From Clostridia bacterium (GTDB lineage Bacteria > Bacillota > Clostridia > Monoglobales > Monoglobaceae), in assembly GCA_017546165.1 (NCBI GenBank), contig JAFYXL010000004.1:51066-115065 (forward strand): a DNA stretch of 64,000 nucleotides. The letters run 5' to 3'. The notes beneath the pieces are model-generated. The model did no database searches and had not been told where the DNA came from. It worked only from the letters and a program-made list of their open reading frames with translations. This document shows positions 50,842 to 61,773 of this stretch, one piece after another; the first letter of the stretch is position 1; every line of letters begins with the position of its first letter. The position numbers were made by a program, and so were the translations under genes.

Positions 50842-50880
50842 AAAAAAACACAACGAGATATTTTAAAATCTTCGTTGTGT
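50842..50880 (-). terminator. rho-independent terminator after the aldo/keto reductase gene
   Basis: ACACAACGA-...-TCGTTGTGT stem, followed on the minus strand by TTTTTTTG. Confidence 0.7.
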
Positions 50881-50887
50881 TATAATC

Positions 50888-51838
50888 TTAAATTTTTAAA
50901 AATTTTTCACCAAACAGCCTTTTTATTTCGGACTGGGACAATTCAACATCCCCACCGTTCATTGAATCTTCAAGCTGTAGTTTTGTCCGCACACCTATAA
51001 TAGGAAAAACCTCAGGAATTTTAAATGAACAAAGAGCTCCGCAAACAATTGCACCAACGCTTTTTTCATACTTTTTCGCAAGAACCTTCACATACTCAAA
51101 CTTATCTATATTTTCTTTACACAAATACCGCTGCTTTGCTGTTTTTGACAACCCTTCTACTCCCGATTGGTCTATCTTTGAAAAAAAGCCTTTTGCCTGG
51201 GATGCAAAGGCAGCAACCGGAATATTTGCATTTTTATAGAATTCAAATTCAGTACCATTCATCTCGACCAAGGTTGGGTCACCGCAAAAGCTTGGCGAAG
51301 TTTTTGCCACACTGAATCTTATCTGACTTCCCTCAAAGCCATATAATCCTTTTCTTTTTGCATAGGTATTTGCTTCTATTATCCGGTTCGACCTCCAGTT
51401 TGACGCACCAAAACGCCTTATCTTCCCCACTTTTACAAAATCATTCATTATGTCAATTATTTCACCGGCAGATATTTTTTCATCATCACGATGCAGCCAG
51501 TAAAAATCAATACAATCTACATTAAGAGCATCAAGACTTTTGTTTAAATCATACTCTAGTTCACTTTTAGTAAGCCTTGATTTCTGTTCCCTGTCGGGGA
51601 ATCCCCCTTTTGAGGATATCAATACATCCTTACTTTTATTATTCTTAATCCATTTGCCGATAATTTTTTCTGATTCCCCATTGCTATACATACGTGCAGT
51701 ATCTATATGACAACCACCCAAATCAACATATTTATCAATAAGTTCAAAAGCCTCATCCTCCCGGATTGCCGTACCAAAATATGCTGAACCAAGAATTATT
51801 CTTGAACTTAACTTTCCAAAAGCGGATGAATATTTCAT
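50888..51838 (-). CDS. aldo/keto reductase
   Basis: AKR fold motifs (GCHIDTARMYSNGESE, FYWLHRDD, GASNW). Start moved to ATG 51838 (GAGGTG RBS). Confidence 0.85.
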   Translation of the reverse strand: MKYSSAFGKLSSRIILGSAYFGTAIREDEAFELIDKYVDLGGCHIDTARMYSNGESEKIIGKWIKNNKSKDVLISSKGGFPDREQKSRLTKSELEYDLNKSLDALNVDCIDFYWLHRDDEKISAGEIIDIMNDFVKVGKIRRFGASNWRSNRIIEANTYAKRKGLYGFEGSQIRFSVAKTSPSFCGDPTLVEMNGTEFEFYKNANIPVAAFASQAKGFFSKIDQSGVEGLSKTAKQRYLCKENIDKFEYVKVLAKKYEKSVGAIVCGALCSFKIPEVFPIIGVRTKLQLEDSMNGGDVELSQSEIKRLFGEKFLKI

Positions 51839-51908
51839 TTTTATCACCTCTTGTTTTTATTGTATCACAAACCACACTGAAGTCAATAAAATTTCATCAA
51901 AATTTATG

Positions 51909-51937
51909 TTGCAAAAGATGTGTAAAAATGTTAAAAT
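51909..51937 (+). promoter_or_regulatory. sigma-A promoter for gatCAB
   Basis: TTGCAA, 17-nt spacer (ending TGT, extended -10), TAAAAT. Confidence 0.55.
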
Positions 51938-51977
51938 ATAGGATAGACTTTTATTATATAAAAAGGAAGTGACATAT

Positions 51978-52262
51978 ATGATAAAAACAGAAAATTTAAA
52001 ACTTTTGTGTGAACTTTCAAAACTTCACTTATCCGAAGAAGAATTGTCAGAATACAGTAAGGAAATGTCAGACATTATAGCTCTTATGGACAATATTGGT
52101 GATTCAGACTTTGAGTATAACCCTATTGATATGACAAATGCGGTTCCTTTTTCTGAACTTCGTGCCGACAAAATCGAAACATTTGATAATATGGAAGGCA
52201 TTGTCAAAAACGGGCCCGAAACTGTAGAAAATCAATTTGTTGTACCAAAGATTGTTGACTAA
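51978..52262 (+). CDS. gatC: Asp/Glu-tRNA amidotransferase subunit C
   Basis: About 94 aa, LSEEEL... motif, directly upstream of gatA. ATG 51978 has an AAGGAAG RBS; GTG 51969 is also possible. Confidence 0.88.
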   Translation: MIKTENLKLLCELSKLHLSEEELSEYSKEMSDIIALMDNIGDSDFEYNPIDMTNAVPFSELRADKIETFDNMEGIVKNGPETVENQFVVPKIVD

Positions 52263-52277
52263 TAAAGGAGATTTACA

Positions 52278-53711
52278 ATGGCTACTATTTCAACTTTGAG
52301 AAAAGAGCTTGACTCAAAATCAATTTCATCCGTTGAGCTCACAAAAGAATACTTAAAAAAGATTAACGAACATCCCGAACTTGGTGCATTCAATACAGTT
52401 TGCGAGGAAGAAGCCCTCTCTTTAGCAAAGCTTGCAGACAAAAAAATAGCAAATGGTGAATCTTCGCCACTTCTAGGTATTCCCCTCGCAATAAAGGATA
52501 ACATTTGCACTAAGGGCATAACAACTACTTGTTCATCAAAGATGTTGGAGAACTATATCCCTCCATATAACGCAACTGTTATGGACAAATTAAACGCACA
52601 AGGTGCTGTTGTACTTGGAAAAACCTCAATGGACGAATTTGCAATGGGGGGTTCCTCCCAGACATCCGCTTTGGCAAAGCCAAAAAATCCATTCAACCTT
52701 GAATGTGTACCCGGGGGTTCATCAGGCGGTAGTGCAGCAGCAGTTTCAGGCGGGCTCTGTGCGGCAGCACTTGGTTCCGATACGGGCGGTTCTATCCGTC
52801 AACCTGCCGCATTCTGCGGAATCGTTGGTATGAAACCAACCTACGGCACTGTTTCCCGTTTTGGTCTTGTTGCATTCGGTAGTTCCCTTGACCAAATTGG
52901 TCCTATGGCAAATTCAGCAGAGGACTGCGGTATTATTCTTAACGCAATCGCAGGTCAGGACATTCACGACCGTACCACAAGAAGTCATAATATCAATTTC
53001 AATGAACTTATCGGCAAACCTATCAGTGGTATGAAAATTGGTATTCCAAAAGAATTTTTTGGTGATGGTATTGATGACGAAGTCAAAACAGCTGTTATTA
53101 ATGCAGCAAAATTTTACGAAGAAAACGGTGCTGAATTAATAGAAGTTTCAATGCCTACTCTTAAATATGCCGTTTCAGCCTACTATCTACTTGCCTGTGC
53201 TGAGGCAAGTTCAAACCTCTCACGCTATGACGGAGTGAAATACGGCTTACGAACAGAATCACCCGAAAGCTATGATGACCTTATCAAGAAAAGCCGTAGT
53301 GAAGGTTTTGGAACAGAGGTCAAGCGCAGAATTCTGCTTGGCACATACGCACTTTCAAGCGGCTATTATGACGCTTATTATAAAAAAGCTTTGGCAGTAC
53401 GTCAGCAATGCAGACTGGAGCATGATGAAATCTTCAAAAAATGTGACGTTATGCTGACACCAACCACACCTACTGTTGCATATAAGTGCAGAGACAACAT
53501 TGATGACCCTGTCAAGATGTATCTTGCAGACATCTGTACAGTTACAGCAAACATTGCAGGTATTCCTGCGATTTCAGTTCCTTGTGGCATAGATAAAGAT
53601 GGTATGCCTATAGGCTTTTCACTTTCTGCGAAACGCTTTGACGATGCAAAGCTTCCGCAATTTGCTGATTTCTTTGAAAAAGAGCATATGCATCCCGTTG
53701 CAAATATATAA
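52278..53711 (+). CDS. gatA: Asp/Glu-tRNA amidotransferase subunit A
   Basis: Amidase signature GGSSGGSAAAV...GSDTGGSIRQPA. Confidence 0.95.
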   Translation: MATISTLRKELDSKSISSVELTKEYLKKINEHPELGAFNTVCEEEALSLAKLADKKIANGESSPLLGIPLAIKDNICTKGITTTCSSKMLENYIPPYNATVMDKLNAQGAVVLGKTSMDEFAMGGSSQTSALAKPKNPFNLECVPGGSSGGSAAAVSGGLCAAALGSDTGGSIRQPAAFCGIVGMKPTYGTVSRFGLVAFGSSLDQIGPMANSAEDCGIILNAIAGQDIHDRTTRSHNINFNELIGKPISGMKIGIPKEFFGDGIDDEVKTAVINAAKFYEENGAELIEVSMPTLKYAVSAYYLLACAEASSNLSRYDGVKYGLRTESPESYDDLIKKSRSEGFGTEVKRRILLGTYALSSGYYDAYYKKALAVRQQCRLEHDEIFKKCDVMLTPTTPTVAYKCRDNIDDPVKMYLADICTVTANIAGIPAISVPCGIDKDGMPIGFSLSAKRFDDAKLPQFADFFEKEHMHPVANI

Positions 53712-53725
53712 GGAGGAATATAAAT

Positions 53726-55150
53726 ATGTGCAAAAAATACGACACTGTCATCGGTCTTGAAATTCATGCCGAATTATCCACAAAAACAAAAGCATTCTGC
53801 ACCTGTGACGCCTCCTTTGGCGGAGACCCCAACACTCATATTTGTCCTGTCTGCACAGGTCAACCGGGGGCTCTCCCTGTCATAAACCATGCAGCAGTTG
53901 AATATGCAATGCGCGCAGGTCTTGCTCTTAACTGTGACATCAATCGTTACACAAGATTTGACCGCAAGAATTACTTCTACCCTGACCTTCCTAAGGCTTA
54001 TCAGATTTCTCAGCTTGACTTGCCTCTTTGTGTAAATGGCAAAGTAGAGCTTTCGACAGGCACCGTTGTAAGAATACATCAAATTCACCTTGAGGAAGAT
54101 GCCGGCAAAATGGTACACGATGATTACCACGGACAGAGCTACGCCGACTACAACCGTTGCAGTGTCCCTCTTATTGAAATCGTTACAGAGCCTGACATCA
54201 ATTCCCCCGAGGAAGCAGCAGAATTCGTTTCAAAGATTGCTCTATATCTCAAATATCTTAACGTATGCGATGCAAAAATGCAGGAAGGTTCTATCCGTGC
54301 AGACGTAAACATATCTTTAAAACCTGCAGGCTCCGATATCTTGGGTGACAGAGCAGAAATTAAAAACCTTAACTCTTTCCGTTCAATTCAGCGAGCAATA
54401 GAAAGTGAAATTGCCCGTCAAACCGAAATTTTGGACCAGGGCGGAAAAGTTGTGCAGGAAACAAGACGTTTTGACGATGCAACAGGCACTACATCGTCAC
54501 TGAGAAGCAAGGAAAATGCAAATGACTACCGTTACTTCCCTGAGCCTGACATATTGGCAATAACCTTTACCGAGGAAGATATTGAAAAAGCAAAATCCGA
54601 AATACCTCTTCTCCCTCACGAAAGAGTAGAAATATACACCAAGGAATATGGACTTACCGACGAAGATGCAAGGGTTTTGACCTCCGAGAAGTACCTTTCA
54701 GACTTTTTCGATGAGACAGTTGCAATTTACCCCATGTACAAGAACGTATCAAATATGTTCCAGACCGAAATTATGCGTCGTGTAAAAGAAACTGACAGCG
54801 AGGAAATTGCAATCTCTGCTAAGAACTTTGCAAAGGTCTGCGAAATGGCTGACAAAAACACCGTCAATCGTAATGATGCAAAAACCATTATTCGTATAAT
54901 GTTCGAAGAAGGTGGGGAACCTGAGGAAATTGCAAAGACAAACGGCTTTATAGTAGTCGAAGATACAGAAGCTATTGCAAATGTAGTAGATGCACTCTTC
55001 GCAGAGCGTCCCGACCTTATTGAGGACTACAAAAATGGTAAGACCAATGTGTTTGGTTTCTTTATGGGTCAGGCAAACAGAGCATTAAAAGGAAAAGCAA
55101 CTCCAATGTCCGTTAAGGCATATCTTGAAAAGAAGTTTAACGAAATCTAA
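53726..55150 (+). CDS. gatB: Asp/Glu-tRNA amidotransferase subunit B
   Basis: YDTVIGLEIHAEL N-terminus, RFDRKNYFYPDLPK motif and a C-terminal YqeY-like tail. Confidence 0.95.
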   Translation: MCKKYDTVIGLEIHAELSTKTKAFCTCDASFGGDPNTHICPVCTGQPGALPVINHAAVEYAMRAGLALNCDINRYTRFDRKNYFYPDLPKAYQISQLDLPLCVNGKVELSTGTVVRIHQIHLEEDAGKMVHDDYHGQSYADYNRCSVPLIEIVTEPDINSPEEAAEFVSKIALYLKYLNVCDAKMQEGSIRADVNISLKPAGSDILGDRAEIKNLNSFRSIQRAIESEIARQTEILDQGGKVVQETRRFDDATGTTSSLRSKENANDYRYFPEPDILAITFTEEDIEKAKSEIPLLPHERVEIYTKEYGLTDEDARVLTSEKYLSDFFDETVAIYPMYKNVSNMFQTEIMRRVKETDSEEIAISAKNFAKVCEMADKNTVNRNDAKTIIRIMFEEGGEPEEIAKTNGFIVVEDTEAIANVVDALFAERPDLIEDYKNGKTNVFGFFMGQANRALKGKATPMSVKAYLEKKFNEI

Positions 55151-55154
55151 TTTA

Positions 55155-55191
55155 AAAAACACCTTGTTGTTTAAAACAACAAGGTGTTTTT
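55155..55191. terminator. bidirectional rho-independent terminator between gatB and ligA
   Basis: AAAAAACACCTTGTTGT-ttaaa-ACAACAAGGTGTTTTT: 13-bp stem. Confidence 0.85.
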
Positions 55192-55197
55192 ATTTTT

Positions 55198-57412
<2,215 letters not shown>

Positions 57413-57450
57413 TTTTAGACTTCCCTCCCCATCAACAATTCACTATTTAT

Positions 57451-57479
57451 ATTTTACCATAATTTTATTTTAGTGTCAA
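57451..57479 (-). promoter_or_regulatory. sigma-A promoter for the Cys-rich ORF and ligA
   Basis: Minus strand reads TTGACA, 17-nt spacer (ending TGG), TAAAAT. Confidence 0.6.
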
Positions 57480-57482
57480 TTT

Positions 57483-57509
57483 AAAAGGACACACTCAGTG
57501 TGTCCTTTT
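57483..57509 (-). terminator. rho-independent terminator after the PP2C-like gene
   Basis: AAAAGGACACAC-tcag-TGTGTCCTTTT. Confidence 0.8.
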
Positions 57510-57510
57510 A

Positions 57511-58734
57511 TTAGTCAAAATCTATAGGTAACTCCACATCACTGTTTTCAAGTGGTGGAGGCGCAGCAGGGGGCTCCACTTTGACCGGTGTCTCGGTTTC
57601 TTCCGTACTGCTGTTGGTATTTGGTTTTACGCTGGGCTTTGTCGCAGGCGTAGTCGGCGTGGTTGGTGTAGTTGCCGGTTTTTGCACATTCTGAGTGCTC
57701 TCCTCAACTTCATTGCTACCTTCATTTTTTTCAGGTTCTTTTTCATCATCTTCCTCGTCTATTGGCACCCAAGGTTCCCATATTACTTCTTCATCATTTC
57801 TATCTCCATACATAAGGTGGAGTAGAAATTCCGCAAAGCTCTGTTTTGCTGAATTGCCTGCATTTTGTATATACGGAAACACAAATATTCCTGTAATCGT
57901 TAAAATAGCTGCCACTGCCAATGCAATCAATCGCAAGCGAATACCTATTATCCTTTTTGGAACTTTTGACTTTATTATTTCAACCGTATAATTGCCCTCA
58001 GGATCTTTTTCAACTGCTAAATCAATTATCGCAGAAGCTTTTTTGCTATTAGAAATATCCGGGTCATTTAAAACCGTTAAAATATCATCCTCACTCACTA
58101 TAGCCATTACACTTTCAGTTGCTATAACAAAAGCATCAGAATCTTTTACCCTTACCTTTTCAGAAACATATGGGGCCAATTCAAAATCACCGGAAAGATA
58201 CCCAATATATGGCACAGTCTTTTTGAATTTCTTTTCAATTTTCAATGCTCCATCTTCTTCTATAACTTCTTCAACCTGGATTAGTTCAGGCATTTCCCCG
58301 GAAATTTTAGTAAGCAAGCGGTTGCTGTGATGGAATACTGACACGCTACCTACATTATAAACTCTTGCCCAATTGCCGCACAAATATAAAACGCTCATAT
58401 CTACAGCCATATCTAAACCGTTTTCCTGAAAAGAACGACCTTTTACAATATCACTGGCAGAATCAAAGTAATTCTTTTGTTCTGCGTGGAAATCAGCTCC
58501 AAATATGCTACTCATCAAATCCATACATAGATAAGCAGCGTTTTCTCCCCTGCCTACACTTTTACTTCCGTCAGCCAGTGCATATAAATTCCGAAATCCG
58601 GAAATATCACACACATCCGTACAGGCACTATCACCGATACTGTCTTTGATAAGGCCATTGAGAAAATAGTTATGTTTATTTGTTATTTCGTTAGTTTCCG
58701 GCGAGTATGTTGCCGCAAATCCTACAAACTTCAT
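57511..58734 (-). CDS. membrane-anchored, degenerate PP2C-like protein with a Pro/Thr-rich tail
   Basis: The N-terminal ~260 aa are colinear by eye with Stp (LADG..., ...VYNVGSVSVF, FVIATES, EGNYTVEII). Followed by TM segment LIALAVAAILTITGIFVF and an acidic then PTTPTTPATKP tail. Confidence 0.6.
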   Translation of the reverse strand: MKFVGFAATYSPETNEITNKHNYFLNGLIKDSIGDSACTDVCDISGFRNLYALADGSKSVGRGENAAYLCMDLMSSIFGADFHAEQKNYFDSASDIVKGRSFQENGLDMAVDMSVLYLCGNWARVYNVGSVSVFHHSNRLLTKISGEMPELIQVEEVIEEDGALKIEKKFKKTVPYIGYLSGDFELAPYVSEKVRVKDSDAFVIATESVMAIVSEDDILTVLNDPDISNSKKASAIIDLAVEKDPEGNYTVEIIKSKVPKRIIGIRLRLIALAVAAILTITGIFVFPYIQNAGNSAKQSFAEFLLHLMYGDRNDEEVIWEPWVPIDEEDDEKEPEKNEGSNEVEESTQNVQKPATTPTTPTTPATKPSVKPNTNSSTEETETPVKVEPPAAPPPLENSDVELPIDFD

Positions 58735-58816
58735 TTTAAACTCTCCAAAGTATATATATGATCTTTCATATTACATTAAAATTTTATCATATTTTATACC
58801 ATTGTGTCAACCACAG

Positions 58817-60013
58817 TCAGGCCTCCAAATTCTTGCAGGAAGCGTTTTTATCTATTGAATATAGATATTTTAAAATTAATGGTGCACAAATTGATGACAC
58901 TATTATAAGCAAAATAACTGCTGTAAAATACACAGGTTCCAAAAGTCCAACCGACAGACCCTTTTGTGCAACAATAAGAGCAACCTCTCCACGTATCATC
59001 ATTCCTACTCCAATTTTGAGTGAGTCATTTAAATTAAATTTGCAAATCTTCGAAATAAATCCACAACCTATTATCTTGGCTATTAATGCCACAACAACAA
59101 AGGCAATAGCAAATAGCAGTATTGATACATCAAATGACGAAATATTTGTCTTAAGACCAATACTTGCGAAAAACACGGGGCCAAACATCATATATGAATT
59201 TATATCCATCTTTCGGGCTATATACTGTGAATCCTGCAAATTACAAAGGATAATTCCCGCAACATATGCGCCTGTAATATCAGCAATTCCAAAATATCTT
59301 TCCGCTATATATGACATCGCAAAGCAAAAGGCAAGACCTACAATGGCAACACGTCTTGTATGTTCATATCTTACATCAAAAGCTTTAAAAACTTTATAAA
59401 TAATAAATCCGCCTACAAGGGCAAAGATTACAAACGCCACTGTGTTCAACACCACATTTAAAGCATTCACATCAGGAGTCTTCATACCAATTACAAATGT
59501 AAGTACCATAATACCGATTATGTCATCTATGATTGCGGCACTTATGATAGTTGTTCCAACGCGACTCTTTAGGTACCCGAGTTCACGCAGGGTCTGGACT
59601 GTAATACTGACAGAAGTTGCAGTCATAATAGTCCCCATAAATACCGCTTTGTAAAACTCCTCACTCATCCAGGGACTTACCCCGTAGAATGCCATATATA
59701 AAAGAGTTCCTCCAACCAGCGGAACAAGAACACCAGCACACGCAATGAGCAAGGCCATGGGACCTGTTTTTACAAGCTCTCTAAGGTCGGTTTCAAGACC
59801 CGCTGAAAACATAATAATAACCACACCGATTTCTGCCATTTTGGTTAAGAAATCCGTCTGGTTTACCCATCCCAAAATACAAGGTCCGATAATCAAGCCT
59901 GCAACTATCTCACCTACAACTTGAGGTGCTTTTAGCTTTCTTGCCAAAATACCAAATATTTTTGCTGCAACAAGGATAATTGCGATGTCCTTAAAAACAA
60001 CATATGCCTCCAC
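58817..60013 (-). CDS. cation:proton antiporter (CPA2 / Na_H_Exchanger family)
   Basis: About 12 TM segments, 398 aa, typical N-terminus (ILVAAKIFGILARKLKAPQVVGEIVAGLIIGP). Confidence 0.85.
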   Translation of the reverse strand: MEAYVVFKDIAIILVAAKIFGILARKLKAPQVVGEIVAGLIIGPCILGWVNQTDFLTKMAEIGVVIIMFSAGLETDLRELVKTGPMALLIACAGVLVPLVGGTLLYMAFYGVSPWMSEEFYKAVFMGTIMTATSVSITVQTLRELGYLKSRVGTTIISAAIIDDIIGIMVLTFVIGMKTPDVNALNVVLNTVAFVIFALVGGFIIYKVFKAFDVRYEHTRRVAIVGLAFCFAMSYIAERYFGIADITGAYVAGIILCNLQDSQYIARKMDINSYMMFGPVFFASIGLKTNISSFDVSILLFAIAFVVVALIAKIIGCGFISKICKFNLNDSLKIGVGMMIRGEVALIVAQKGLSVGLLEPVYFTAVILLIIVSSICAPLILKYLYSIDKNASCKNLEA

Positions 60014-60114
60014 TGTAACGTTCCTTCTTTCTTAAAAACTTTGTATTTGACTTAAATCATTATATAAATTCGACAAAATTTTTAAAAATCCTTTTTCTTA
60101 CATCATTTTAAAAA

Positions 60115-60855
60115 TTATTTTTCCAACAATTTTTCTCGCATAGCAGTCAGTACCTTTTTTTCAATTCTTGATACCTGCACCTGAGAAATCCCCATAACCT
60201 TTGCAATCTCGCTCTGAGTCTTCTGCTTAAAATATCTTAAGATTATAATTTTCTTTTCCCTGTCATCAAACATCTGCAAAAGATTCTGAATAAGGACTTT
60301 GTTTATCACCGTACTCTCACAATCATCCTTACTTTCAAGACGTTCGCCCAAGGTTTTACCATCACCATCATTATCAACCACAGATGCGTTTATGGATTCC
60401 GGTCTTATCCCTGCTTCAAGCGCCATCGCTACGTCTTCCAAACCTGCACCAAGTTTTTCCGAAAGTTCTTTAATCGTTGGTTCCTTATTTGTTTCCTTTA
60501 TGATACTTTCCCGAAGCATAAGTGCCTTTATTCCCAACTCCTTAATGCTTCGGCTTACTTTTATAATACCATCGTCACGTATAAAACGTTTTATCTCACC
60601 CATTATCATAGGTACAGCATAAGTTGAAAATTTCACATCAAAGCTTGTATCAAACTTTTGTATAGCTTTTACAAGACCTATACATCCTATCTGAAACAAG
60701 TCCTCAGCCTCATACCCTCTTTGGGCAAAACGTCTTACAATGCTGTGAACAAGTCCAATATTCTCCTCAACTATCATATCTCGGACAATAATATCTCCGT
60801 TTTTTGCGGATTCAATTCTACTGCACAGGTCCTCGTTGTATTTTTTTGTTTGCAC
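60115..60855 (-). CDS. sigF: forespore sporulation sigma factor F
   Basis: Full-length sigma-70 group 3 protein (regions 2-4: DLFQIGCIGLVKAIQKFD, FSTYAVPMIMGEIKRF, GISQVQVSRIEK), immediately after spoIIAA-spoIIAB. Confidence 0.92.
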   Translation of the reverse strand: MQTKKYNEDLCSRIESAKNGDIIVRDMIVEENIGLVHSIVRRFAQRGYEAEDLFQIGCIGLVKAIQKFDTSFDVKFSTYAVPMIMGEIKRFIRDDGIIKVSRSIKELGIKALMLRESIIKETNKEPTIKELSEKLGAGLEDVAMALEAGIRPESINASVVDNDGDGKTLGERLESKDDCESTVINKVLIQNLLQMFDDREKKIIILRYFKQKTQSEIAKVMGISQVQVSRIEKKVLTAMREKLLEK

Positions 60856-60858
60856 AAC

Positions 60859-61278
60859 TTATCCCCCTATACACTTTTTCATCGTGATTACTGTTCCCTC
60901 ACCAGGTTTTGACTTAACCACCAAGTCATCCATAAATGTCTGCATAACAGTAAAACCCATTCCGCTCCTTTCACATTCAGGCTTTGATGTAAAAAGAGGC
61001 TGCATAGCCATACTTACATCCTCTATCCCTACGCCAAAATCAGATATCTCAATTTCAATGCATCCGTCAACAACTTTACATACAACTTTCACAATACCCT
61101 TCATATTTGCATAGCCGTGAACAATTGAGTTTGTTACCGCCTCTGATACTGCGGTTTTTATATCCGCCAAATCTTCAACACTCAAATCCAGCTGAACAGA
61201 GAACGCTGCAACTACTGCACGCACAAAAGATTCGTTTATACTTTTTGCGGGAACCTCCAGCTTCATATAATTTTCCAT
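60859..61278 (-). CDS. spoIIAB: anti-sigma F factor / Ser kinase
   Basis: GHKL motifs ([26 protein letters not shown]). Start moved to ATG 61278 (AAAGGAGGGG RBS). Confidence 0.92.
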   Translation of the reverse strand: MENYMKLEVPAKSINESFVRAVVAAFSVQLDLSVEDLADIKTAVSEAVTNSIVHGYANMKGIVKVVCKVVDGCIEIEISDFGVGIEDVSMAMQPLFTSKPECERSGMGFTVMQTFMDDLVVKSKPGEGTVITMKKCIGG

Positions 61279-61295
61279 ATGTACCCCTCCTTTAT

Positions 61296-61604
61296 TTAAT
61301 GGCTGCACTCAAGAATTGTCTTGAGTCCTGAGATTTCTAAAATTTTATCCACTTGAGGCTTAACTCTTATTATCATAACTTTGCCGCCTCTTGCTGTTAT
61401 TTCCTTATATCGGCCTACAACCACCCCAATGCCTGAACTGTCCATAAAGGTTACTCCATCAAAGTCCAGAACAAGATTGACTATGTTTCTCAAATTTATT
61501 TCTCTGTCAACTTCAGATTTAAAAACCTGGGCTGTGTGATGATCAATCTCACCGTTAATCTTTACAACAAGGGTTGTCCCTATTGTTTCAAGTTTTATAT
61601 CCAC
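61296..61604 (-). CDS. spoIIAA: anti-anti-sigma F factor (STAS)
   Basis: STAS fold with the phospho-acceptor context [17 protein letters not shown] start with an AAAGGAGGAA RBS. Confidence 0.92.
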   Translation of the reverse strand: MDIKLETIGTTLVVKINGEIDHHTAQVFKSEVDREINLRNIVNLVLDFDGVTFMDSSGIGVVVGRYKEITARGGKVMIIRVKPQVDKILEISGLKTILECSH

Positions 61605-61649
61605 CTATGTTTCCTCCTTTGTCATTAATAAATTTAATTACCTTTTACA

Positions 61650-61677
61650 CTTCAATGTTTTTACATATTTTTCCTTT
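61650..61677 (-). promoter_or_regulatory. sigma-H-like promoter for the spoIIA operon
   Basis: Minus strand reads AAAGGAAAA, 12-nt spacer, ATTGAAG, against the recalled consensus RnAGGAwWW-N11-12-RnnGAAT (one mismatch). Confidence 0.5.
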
Positions 61678-61710
61678 TAGCTCTAAGCCTTTCGCAAGCC
61701 AAAATCGGAC

Positions 61711-61745
61711 AAAAAAATACAGTCGATATAAATTATCGACTGTAT
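61711..61745 (-). terminator. rho-independent terminator after valS
   Basis: ATACAGTCGATA-taaat-TATCGACTGTAT stem, followed on the minus strand by TTTTTTTG. Confidence 0.8.
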
Positions 61746-61773
61746 TTGACGTTTTTATACAAAATTAGTAATT

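Noticed and set aside
58758-59399. 213-aa plus-strand ORF
   Set aside because: It is antisense to the 12-TM cation:proton antiporter gene and has no motifs or RBS, so it is a shadow ORF.
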